Assembly (NCBI GenBank): GCA_030744915.1
Contig: JASLPO010000019.1
Span: forward strand, 28,410 to 92,409
DNA from: Gammaproteobacteria bacterium
GTDB taxonomy: Bacteria; Pseudomonadota; Gammaproteobacteria; Pseudomonadales; Pseudohongiellaceae
Length of the DNA: 64,000 bases
Direction: 5' to 3'
Shown here: one piece after another, positions 21,106-31,574 of the stretch
Numbering within the stretch: the first letter of the stretch is position 1
How the letters are laid out: each line of letters opens with the position of its first letter
Translations under genes and position numbers: made by a program
Notes under the pieces: generated by a model
Told to the model about the DNA's origin: nothing
Databases searched by the model: none
Seen by the model: the letters and a program-made list of their open reading frames with translations, nothing else

Positions 21106-21193
21106 GGCAGCGATTCGGCAATTCGGTTATTGGTTCAGGAAGGATTGCTTACCGTGAATCCAGTAAGCTTAACGAACTCGAAGAAACTGACAT

Positions 21194-21379
21194 ATGTGGC
21201 ATGATCTGGCGGTGGCGTTTTGTTTGATGCTGGTTATAGAGGGCATCTTACCGTTCATCGACCCGAAACGCTGGCGCAGAATGCTACTGATGCTGGATGA
21301 GATTGACGATACAACCATGCGGCTGATTGGTCTGAGCAGCATGCTGGCTGGAACGATCCTGCTCATGATTATTAATTGA
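21194..21379 (+). CDS. DUF2065 (YjeT-like) small membrane protein
   Basis: 61 aa with two hydrophobic helices. It occupies the conserved position between hflC and hisZ/purA. Confidence 0.7.
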   Translation: MWHDLAVAFCLMLVIEGILPFIDPKRWRRMLLMLDEIDDTTMRLIGLSSMLAGTILLMIIN

Positions 21380-21410
21380 TGGCATACTATTTCTTTTTGA
21401 AGCAACCAAA

Positions 21411-22601
21411 ATGACTTCTGCAAAGCGCTGGCTATTACCCGATGGTGTCGAAGAAATTCTGCCAGCCGAAGCCCACAAGCTGGAATCCCTGCGTCGCCAG
21501 TTACTGGATCTGTACGAATCCTGGGGATATCAGTTGGTAATTACGCCACTGATCGAATACCTCGATTCCCTGTTGGTGGGATCTTCTCACGACCTGGAAC
21601 TGCACACCTTCAAAATCACCGATCAGCTCAGCGGTCGCATGATGGGAATACGGGCCGACATTACACCCCAGGCGGCACGTATCGATGCCCATTGTCTTAA
21701 CCGAGAAGGACCGGTGCGACTCTGCTATGCAGACAATGTTCTGCACACCAAGCCCCGCGGCATCATGACCTCCAGAGTACCGATTCGCATCGGTGCAGAA
21801 CTGTATGGTCATTCCGGCGTGGAGTGCGATATCGAGTTGGTATGCCTCATGTACGAAACACTTAAGGCGGTGGGGATAAGCGATATCCATATCGTGCTGG
21901 GACATGTGGGAATATTTCGTTCTCTCTTACAGGAAGCAAAGCTGGATGAGGACACCGAACAAACGCTATTCGAAGCAGTGCAGCGAAAGGCCTATGACGA
22001 GATAGATGAAATTCTGAAGAGCTCAGTAAGCGAGAAAGAGCTATGTCAGATGTTGCAGAGATTATCGCGGCTCAGCGGGGATGAAACAGTCCTGGCAGAG
22101 GCCAACGAAGTATTCGCTAATGCTCCTGCCAGCGTTCAGGCTGAGCTCCAGGAACTGGTGGAAATTGTCGAGGGTGTCAAGCGACGTATTTCCGATATCG
22201 TGCTGTGTTTCGATTTATGCGAATTGAGAGGATATGAGTATCACACGGGAATCGTATTTGCTGCTTATACTCCCAGCTATGGCCGTGCAGTTTCCAAGGG
22301 TGGTCGTTATGATCACATCGGAGAGGTGTTTGGTCGGGCCAGGCCGGCCTCGGGATTTGATAGTGATCTGAAGGTACTGGCCAAGTTGAGTAACAGGGCA
22401 TTCGAAAGGCGTGCGGCAATTATTGCGCCTGGAGATAGCGATGTGGACTTGTTTGCACTGGTAAACAGTTTGCGCGAAAAGGGTGAGATCGTGATTACCT
22501 GGCTGGGCGATGACGAGTTGAGCGAGCAGCAACTCCAGGAACTGAATTGTGACCGCAAACTAATCAAGCAAGATGGCGAATGGATCGTGGGTAGTTTGTG
22601 A
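21411..22601 (+). CDS. hisZ: ATP phosphoribosyltransferase regulatory subunit
   Basis: 396 aa HisRS-like paralogue (WLLPDGVEEILP N-terminus), located immediately upstream of purA as in pseudomonads. Confidence 0.9.
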   Translation: MTSAKRWLLPDGVEEILPAEAHKLESLRRQLLDLYESWGYQLVITPLIEYLDSLLVGSSHDLELHTFKITDQLSGRMMGIRADITPQAARIDAHCLNREGPVRLCYADNVLHTKPRGIMTSRVPIRIGAELYGHSGVECDIELVCLMYETLKAVGISDIHIVLGHVGIFRSLLQEAKLDEDTEQTLFEAVQRKAYDEIDEILKSSVSEKELCQMLQRLSRLSGDETVLAEANEVFANAPASVQAELQELVEIVEGVKRRISDIVLCFDLCELRGYEYHTGIVFAAYTPSYGRAVSKGGRYDHIGEVFGRARPASGFDSDLKVLAKLSNRAFERRAAIIAPGDSDVDLFALVNSLREKGEIVITWLGDDELSEQQLQELNCDRKLIKQDGEWIVGSL

Positions 22602-22618
22602 TTTATCGAATGATGTAA

Positions 22619-24858
<2,240 letters not shown>

Positions 24859-25018
24859 GCAAATTCCTTAGAATTCTTCCAGATGCATTCCTTGTGTCAG
24901 TGTCACTTGGGGCGCACACCAACATTGCCTTGCATAGTACTACAAACACTCTAAAATCGTCGGTCCGCCTGCATTTTGCAGTGCGGAAATACCAAGATTA
25001 CAACGACAAGATACTCAA

Positions 25019-26113
25019 GTGACTCGAGCGCGCTACCAGCAAATATCTCTGCAAGATACGCCTTACTATCATTGCATTTCACGGTGTGTTCGGCGTACCT
25101 ATCTGTGTGGTGATGATCCATTCACCGGTAAAAACTTCGATCACCGTAAGCAGTGGCTGGTGACTCGAATAAAACAACTGGCGGCGCAATTTTCTGTAGA
25201 GATCTGCGCCTACGCCATCATGAGCAATCACTATCACCTGGTACTTCATGTCGATAGCGAGAAGGCACTCGCATTCAGTGATGAGGAAGTCATTAAGCGC
25301 TGGACGGCACTTTTTCCCCGTAATGCAATTCTCATCGAGACCTTAAGGAAAAACCTGAAGACTAAGACAGCTAAGAATCAGCTGAATCGACAAATAAAAT
25401 TGTGGCGTGAACGGCTGATGGACATCAGCTGGTTTATGCGCTGCCTCAATGAGTCGGTGGCCAGACAGGCGAATCGGGAAGATGATTGCACGGGTCGATT
25501 CTGGGAAGGGCGCTTCAAGAGTCAAGCTTTGCTCGACGAAAAAGCACTGATAACCTGCATGGCTTATGTGGATCTTAATCCGGTGCGTGCAGGAATGTGT
25601 GAGTCACTGGACAGCAGTGACTTCACTTCAATCCAGGAACGGCTGATTATTCATGCGAAGAAGGTAAAGAAGCGTAGTTATCGTCAGCACCGATTGTTGA
25701 CTCGTCGCTCGGTCAAACATCTGATCGGTCGGCAGCCATCGGTCAAGCAGTCCAATTTGAAGTCGATGGGTGAATTGCAGGATTTCAGTGGATCGACGCT
25801 TCCAGTGACACAACACAGCTACTTTGATTTGCTGGAGTCTACCTGTAAGGCGCTGAGTCTGGCTGGAATTGATCGGAGCAAGGCTGTGCACGTACTGCGG
25901 GAAAAACAGACAGTTCTGCAGGGTATTGGAATTTCGCCTCAGGCCTGGCTCGACGGTGTCACCACATTTCACCGGCATTATGCTATTGCTGCTGGTACTC
26001 AAAGATCACTGCTGCAGTTTCACAAGAGCCGAATAAGAGCCGGTGTGGATTTCAAACATCCCCATAAGTGGATAAGGGGAATACATTCCGCTCGGCTACT
26101 ATACGGAACCTGA
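25019..26113 (+). CDS. Y1/HUH transposase-like protein (IS200/IS605 TnpA / REP-associated tyrosine transposase-like, long form)
   Basis: 364 aa with a GTG start. It has the HUH motif in AIMSNHYHLVLHV and a downstream AYVDLNPVRAGM catalytic-Tyr region, plus a C-terminal extension of about 170 aa. No terminal inverted repeats or tnpB are adjacent. Confidence 0.7.
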   Translation: MTRARYQQISLQDTPYYHCISRCVRRTYLCGDDPFTGKNFDHRKQWLVTRIKQLAAQFSVEICAYAIMSNHYHLVLHVDSEKALAFSDEEVIKRWTALFPRNAILIETLRKNLKTKTAKNQLNRQIKLWRERLMDISWFMRCLNESVARQANREDDCTGRFWEGRFKSQALLDEKALITCMAYVDLNPVRAGMCESLDSSDFTSIQERLIIHAKKVKKRSYRQHRLLTRRSVKHLIGRQPSVKQSNLKSMGELQDFSGSTLPVTQHSYFDLLESTCKALSLAGIDRSKAVHVLREKQTVLQGIGISPQAWLDGVTTFHRHYAIAAGTQRSLLQFHKSRIRAGVDFKHPHKWIRGIHSARLLYGT

Positions 26114-26727
26114 GCAAGCCACCCTAACACTCATTCTCTTTCATCGAACCTCGGTGAAACTCCTGTTGCCACAAGCCTCGCGTATATCACTATTTACATC
26201 GAAAGATGCTTTTTGAAAGGCAATTTCAACCTAAAAGCTCACCCCTGCTCAAAAATCCAACAACAAAATTATTCAATTTCTAATATAGGACACCCAATTA
26301 ATATATACATGGATGTCCCTATATAGTTTGTCTATGAAATGAACAGATTTTGCTAAGTATCAGAATTCCCAATAGATATTCCATGCTGGAATTGACCCGT
26401 TGCCAGGAGGGGGCTGGTAGAACATTTTATATTGGGTATTGGAAAAGGCCGGAAATATGGGAAAAATCACTATATATTGTTTGACTTTAACCGATTAACA
26501 CTATATGTTGCGCTGCATAGTGTGGTCTAACTTATTGAATTTTCAGGGTTAGAATCCCTTTTTACAGTAACAACAGTAAAAAATTCTGTGCAAAAAGGCA
26601 GCAATTTAAGAACAAGAAGTACTATTAAGCTCTAAGCCAAAAATATTAATCAGAACACCAAGGCAAACTAAAAACATCACAAAATAAAGGTTAGCATTTC
26701 ATTTGGCAGAAGCTGGAGTTATAACGA

Positions 26728-26904
26728 ATGATTAAACTCGCGCAAGTAGTAGTCGAAGACCCAGCTAGCGATAAGGTGCAAGAAGTGGAACTCGACAGCG
26801 ACCAACTTGACCTGAAAAAGAAGGTGGAAGACGAGATCAGGATGAAACTTGATCAGTTTGCCAAGGAGTTAGCTCAGGTTAGAAAGCAGCGAGAAGAACA
26901 CTAG
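26728..26904 (+). CDS. hypothetical 58-aa charged, coiled-coil-like protein (below ORF-track cutoff)
   Basis: Translated by hand as MIKLAQVVVEDPASDKVQEVELDSDQLDLKKKVEDEIRMKLDQFAKELAQVRKQREEH. The ggag SD lies 9 nt upstream. GC content is higher than in the surrounding AT-rich tract. Confidence 0.3.
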   Translation: MIKLAQVVVEDPASDKVQEVELDSDQLDLKKKVEDEIRMKLDQFAKELAQVRKQREEH

Positions 26905-27096
26905 CATTTTGTCTCGCTCAGAAAACCACTTTGAATAGTCCGCTATTCACTGCCGCTGGACCTCCCCCCAAAAAGCCGTAGCAAACATCGAGCAGGCGCG
27001 ACGCCATAGCGTGAATTGTGTCGCTATCTCTGATCCTGACTGTGAATCGACACTGTGCTCGCGCTACTATTAGCAATGCTTGCAGGACTCCTGAAA

Positions 27097-27468
27097 ATGA
27101 AAAAGACAATCTCCAAATTGGCGATCTTATTGGCCTGTTTGCAGTTTTATGCTTGCGCCAGCTCTACCGTGTATACACCACTGCGAAGAGCGGAGCCTGC
27201 CATAGGCGCCGAACTCACCCGTGCCCCCAGAATTATCCGGCTTTACTTTAACGCGCTACCGGATGTGGCTCAGAGTAGTCTGATATTGATCGGACCCAGC
27301 GGCGAGCATCAGCTGCGCGGGATGCACACCATGGCCTCCGATGACCTGATGATAGAGATCATGGATCCAGTAACTACCGGGCAATACACGGTCGAATGGG
27401 TAACGGTAGTCGGTGAGGATCCTACTACCTACGCAGGTTCATTCAATTTTTCGGTGGCTGCCCAGTAA
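27097..27468 (+). CDS. CopC-domain periplasmic lipoprotein (copper resistance protein C-like)
   Basis: Trimmed to MKKTISKLAILLAC (lipobox). About 100 aa of beta-rich domain ends in ...GQYTVEWVTVVGEDPTTYAGSFNFSV, resembling CopC/YobA. No copD is adjacent. Confidence 0.6.
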   Translation: MKKTISKLAILLACLQFYACASSTVYTPLRRAEPAIGAELTRAPRIIRLYFNALPDVAQSSLILIGPSGEHQLRGMHTMASDDLMIEIMDPVTTGQYTVEWVTVVGEDPTTYAGSFNFSVAAQ

Positions 27469-27669
27469 ACGCTTAGCTTGACGGTTAATAGGAAGCGGTA
27501 TTCCTTTTCCTGTATTTCGGCAACCCATTTCTTGTCACGATCATGAGCCCCCATGCCATGTGCCAGATACAGAAGATTTCTGATTTTGGATTTGATCCCA
27601 GGATGTCAGTCGAGATGGAATCCCTTGAAATGACTCTTCAGGCGGGTTGAGTTGCAGCCTATCGCGGCT

Positions 27670-28440
27670 TCAATCAATCCGTTGTTCGAATAACCAATCG
27701 ATCAATTCTTCATTGGAATAGGCCGCATCCCAGGCATTGTGTCCCACACCGGGAAGTTCCGTGTAGTGCACTTCTGCGCCTGCGCCTGTCAGCGCCTCCA
27801 CAATCTTACGGGATTCATCGACTGGTACCACGCGATCCGCATCACCATGGACGATCCACACCGATTTTGCAGCAAGATCCGCGGCCAGATCCCGATACGG
27901 CCCTGAACTCGTTTCCGGTAGGAAGGCAGGGAAGCGATCACCGAGCCCGACAAAACCACACACTGCGACCAAGGCTGCGAATCGCTCGGTATGCTGGTAA
28001 CCGAGATACCAGGTACCGTTACCGCCCAGTGACAGCCCGGTAAGGTATTGCCGGGAACTATCTACTGTGAATTCCTGCATTGTGGCATCAAGCGCCATTA
28101 TCGCGGCTCGCCCGGCGTCTCCCTGCCAGCTTTCAGATGTAGGCACCTGGGGGAATATGCCAATGGCAGGCCATCGTTGAGGATTTAACCGTATGGCTCT
28201 GCCCAATCCCACCTGGGTCTGTTTCAGGCCATCATCCCCTCGCTCGCCTGCGCCATGTAAAAAGAGAATTACCGGCCACTGTTGTGAGCCATCATAGCCA
28301 CGCGGTATGTAGACCTGATACGGATGGTTTACACCATTCACGGTTACTGATCTATCCAGGAAGCCGGTTTCCTGTGCCAGCAGGACTTGCGGCAATCCGA
28401 AGGCGAATGCAAACACGAAAACGCGGAGTGACTTGAACAT
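27670..28440 (-). CDS. secreted alpha/beta hydrolase (esterase, carboxylesterase / PHB depolymerase-like)
   Basis: Trimmed to the ATG at 28438-28440, which has an aggagg SD. It has a signal peptide, an HGAGERGDDG oxyanion-region motif, nucleophile elbow GLSLGG, and a late HGDAD / GVGHNAW. Confidence 0.8.
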   Translation of the reverse strand: MFKSLRVFVFAFAFGLPQVLLAQETGFLDRSVTVNGVNHPYQVYIPRGYDGSQQWPVILFLHGAGERGDDGLKQTQVGLGRAIRLNPQRWPAIGIFPQVPTSESWQGDAGRAAIMALDATMQEFTVDSSRQYLTGLSLGGNGTWYLGYQHTERFAALVAVCGFVGLGDRFPAFLPETSSGPYRDLAADLAAKSVWIVHGDADRVVPVDESRKIVEALTGAGAEVHYTELPGVGHNAWDAAYSNEELIDWLFEQRID

Positions 28441-29042
28441 GGGGTGGATCCTCCTATTGGTGTGGGAACGAGTGTAGCAGCAAACAGGCATCGGTTAACA
28501 AAATAGCCGATTTCCACAACAGACGATTTAGTCCCTTCCGAATGGAAGGCGCTAAATGTAAACGGAGTGATCCAGCGTAGAACCTCAGGCAGAGGATCCC
28601 TAGCTAAAGCAGCAAATACACACCCAACACTATGAATAGGAACAGTGTCTTCGGCAGGTTCTGAGCAGACCTCAATTTACTTTCTTGTATTTCTGAGATT
28701 TCCATGAATCGAACACTAGTGCATCGGAAGTCAAAAAAGTATGGGTCAGGCGCACCATATAAATTTATACAGTAGTTTGCTAAACAGCAGCTCACCATGC
28801 CTTAAGGGATAACAGCTGCGGCAATGTGACGCATTTACTGCTGAGAATCCGAGGAATAGAGTCCATTGAAGCTCTGCAGCAACCGCAACGCCAGGCCAGA
28901 CAATTCGTAGAGACCAGGAGTAGAACAGATCCTCTTTAGAAATTAATTTCGCTGGATCGGGGTCATTTAGATGACGCCGCATAGCACTGGCACTAGATCG
29001 GTGCAGGCAGATTCTTAACGAACCCACAAAATGGGGAGAAGA

Positions 29043-30125
29043 ATGAATAACAACCTCAAAATCCTCCTGGCTACAGGCACTTTGATTGCAGGAGTTCCAC
29101 AGGCAGCCGCGGATTTCCATCTGTGGAGCATCAATGAAGTCTTTACCACTGCCGATGGTACGATCCAGTTCATTGAGCTGACCACATCGGCAACGGGCCA
29201 AAACAATCTGAACGGACACACACTGGTAAGCTCGGGAACCGGGGTCGACCCCGTCACCTATAATTTCGATAGTAACTTAAGTGGTGAGACCGCTGACTCA
29301 ACCGTACTCCTGGCAACCCAGGAATTCGCGACACAGACCGGACTACAACCCGACTATATTATCCCCGACAACTTCATTGCCGTCACTGGCGGCACACTCA
29401 ATTTCGGCGAAGGAACCGACACGCTGGCCTACAATAAGGAGCAGTTGCCACTCAATGGCAGTCAGTCCATAGATGGAGGTGGCGCCGCTCAATCCGCGAG
29501 CCCGCTTAACTTCTCAAATCTTCCGGCGACTGTCGCCGTCGATTCTTACTCAAGTTTTGATGCAGCGACAGGAATCATGAACGTCCCCATGCTGGATGTG
29601 CCCGGAGTAGGTATTGCCAATGTCTCCTTCAGCGTGAACCTGGCGGCTGTAGAATTTACTCTGCTAGATGGCTTCTACCTCTATGGTGCAGGTATTTCAG
29701 CCGGCGCTACTTCTGCACAATTTCAGAATGGCAGCACGCTCTATATCCCCGGTCTAACGGTGGGCGATGAGCGCTACGAATTCAATCTCTCCATCGTGAA
29801 CAGTGATCCGATTGTTTTCGGTAATCCGCAAGTGCTCGGTGTAACCAATGTGATGGCGGAACCCGAGCCAGAGCCCGAACCGGATCCGCAGGTAAGTATT
29901 GACCAGGGACAATCTGAATATGCCTTGCACTGTGAGGTTTGTCATAGCGCGGGTGGTTCAGGTGGTATCGGACCCAACTTGCAGAATCGGTCATATACAT
30001 TTGCTTCTTTGCGCGACAGGATCGACCTTACTATGCCCCGGGGAACTGCAATCAATTGCGAAGATAGTGGCGGCTCAACCTGCGCCACAGACATTGCCAA
30101 CTACATGATTGCTACATTTCAGTAG
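29043..30125 (+). CDS. secreted lamin-tail-domain (LTD)-like protein with C-terminal c-type cytochrome domain
   Basis: Signal peptide, then INEVFTTADGTIQFIELTT (LTD-like), a middle domain, a PEPEPEPEPDP linker, and a CEVCH haem motif with a downstream MPRG. Confidence 0.7.
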   Translation: MNNNLKILLATGTLIAGVPQAAADFHLWSINEVFTTADGTIQFIELTTSATGQNNLNGHTLVSSGTGVDPVTYNFDSNLSGETADSTVLLATQEFATQTGLQPDYIIPDNFIAVTGGTLNFGEGTDTLAYNKEQLPLNGSQSIDGGGAAQSASPLNFSNLPATVAVDSYSSFDAATGIMNVPMLDVPGVGIANVSFSVNLAAVEFTLLDGFYLYGAGISAGATSAQFQNGSTLYIPGLTVGDERYEFNLSIVNSDPIVFGNPQVLGVTNVMAEPEPEPEPDPQVSIDQGQSEYALHCEVCHSAGGSGGIGPNLQNRSYTFASLRDRIDLTMPRGTAINCEDSGGSTCATDIANYMIATFQ

Positions 30126-30503
30126 CAGGTAAATTTGAGGATACACATAAGCTGAATGAATCTTGTAGGCACTAAGAGAATTGATCATAGATTCTATAGC
30201 TCAGAACCAGATCGTTTTTTTAACAGCTAGTGACAGCGAAGCTTATGTATTTTTGAATTCTGACTTCTGGATTGAGGAGGGCATAGCATTTTATGGTATC
30301 GACCTTGTTTCAAAATAGTTCAAATTACACGGTTAGATTAGCTTGGAATATAATGTAGAAGAAAAACTAGCTTGTATTACGTTCTCTGGTAAGATTCACA
30401 GGATCCAAAAAACCGCCTATAGTAGCTATTGATTATGTTTTGCTGATTTTTCAGTGTACTACCTGTAGGATGAAGATGAAGGTCTGGGAGATTAGGTGGC
30501 GAA

Positions 30504-30875
30504 GTGAAATACCTCTATCTGGTTATAAATAGTTTGTGGCTGCTAGCTGGCCTGTTTCTGTATATAGGCATGGCTGATCCTGAGGAATTGGGGGCCTATA
30601 TTTTTTCTCTGGGCTACGTCCTGCTACCCTTCATCCTTGCACTGTATGCCTCATTCAGGTATTTACGTGGAACCAGTGAAAAGCCAACGTGGGCGATAGG
30701 GGGTGTTGTTGCTGGATTCCTGGGCTGTCTGTTATATGCTGGCGCATATATCTATGCAGAGGGCAATGAGTATCTGGACTTGATATTAATCGTTGCACCT
30801 GCTTACCAGTTTGTGGGTTTGATAGGTGCTGGCGGAACTGCGCATTACATTGCTAGTACAAAAATGTTGGATTAG
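30504..30875 (+). CDS. hypothetical membrane protein (4 predicted TM helices)
   Basis: 123 aa with a GTG start and an aggtgg SD. Four hydrophobic stretches. No family was recognised. Confidence 0.45.
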   Translation: MKYLYLVINSLWLLAGLFLYIGMADPEELGAYIFSLGYVLLPFILALYASFRYLRGTSEKPTWAIGGVVAGFLGCLLYAGAYIYAEGNEYLDLILIVAPAYQFVGLIGAGGTAHYIASTKMLD

Positions 30876-30955
30876 TAGCAGAACGCAGGAAATTTGCACT
30901 GTGCCACAGGCCGGACGTCCGTATCGGCCAATAATCTCGGAATGACCAACACCTC

Positions 30956-31077
30956 CGCTTTGACCTAAGCGGAACGCGAGCGTTTTATCAGCGAGCTGGG
31001 TAGTCCTCTCTGGCTCGAGGTCAGTGATCTGACGAACTTCAACGGAGTAACTACGAAGCAGGATAGTATGGTGCCCA
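30956..31077 (-). repeat. distal copy of a ~122-nt structured element ending in a tRNA-Leu 3'-end mimic (tgggcacca)
   Basis: Aligns at about 85% identity with 31170-31292. It contains nested palindromes (ccgctt..aagcgg, gctc..gagc). Confidence 0.8.
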
Positions 31078-31169
31078 TGGCAGAGCAAAAGTACTTACAT
31101 CGGCAAAGCTTATATTGTTGATCGAAGCCGCGGCCCAGGAGAGGGTGGAGCTTAGCGCTTTCAAAGCGC

Positions 31170-31292
31170 AGCTTTGAGCTAAGCGGAACGCGAGCGCTTT
31201 ACCAGCGAGCTGGATTAGTACTCTCCGGCTCGAGGTCAGTGAGCTACCAACAGTCAACGGAGTTACTACGAAGCAGGATGAGATGGTGCCCA
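31170..31292 (-). repeat. proximal copy of the ~122-nt element, overlapping the last 9 nt of tRNA-Leu
   Basis: Hand alignment with 30956-31077. The adjacent sequence gcttagcgctttcaaagcgcagctttgagctaagc forms nested hairpins. Confidence 0.8.
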
Positions 31293-31370
31293 GAAGAGGA
31301 CTTGAACCTCCACGACCTTTCGATCACTAACACCTGAAGCTAGCGCGTCTACCAATTCCGCCACCTGGGC
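31284..31370 (-). tRNA. tRNA-Leu (anticodon CAG), type II with long variable arm
   Basis: The reverse complement GCCCAGGTGGCGGAATTGGTAGACGCGCTAGCTTCAGGTGTTAGTGATCGAAAGGTCGTGGAGGTTCAAGTCCTCTTCTGGGCACCA was folded by hand. It has a 7-bp acceptor stem, anticodon loop TTCAGGT, T-loop TTCAAGT and an encoded CCA. Confidence 0.93.
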
Positions 31371-31574
31371 ATATAAAGAAAATATGCAGTCCCGTGCTAC
31401 CTGTGCCACCAGATATATCAACGTCCTGTCGACGCTAGTGGACACTAGGAGCACGGGAGCGCAACTGTAGCGATGCTGCCCGTTTCTGTCAATATCCTTC
31501 TTCCACAGACAAGTCACATCAAGGGGTGTATACTCCGCCCATTCCTAATGCCCTCCCGTAAGTCTAAATCAAAA

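Noticed and set aside
28746-29219. 157-aa minus-strand ORF upstream of the LTD-cytochrome c gene
   Set aside because: Cys/Arg/Ser-rich atypical composition and no SD. It overlaps the well-supported start and signal peptide of the plus-strand gene.
24859-31283. Search for an integrase or recombinase to support a classical tRNA-linked genomic island
   Set aside because: No tyrosine or serine recombinase-like ORF was found in any frame. The islet is therefore described only as accessory DNA adjacent to a tRNA with a duplicated 3' end.
31266-31517. 83-aa minus-strand ORF
   Set aside because: It is made up largely of the tRNA-Leu gene sequence and the rnr promoter region, so it is a translation artefact.
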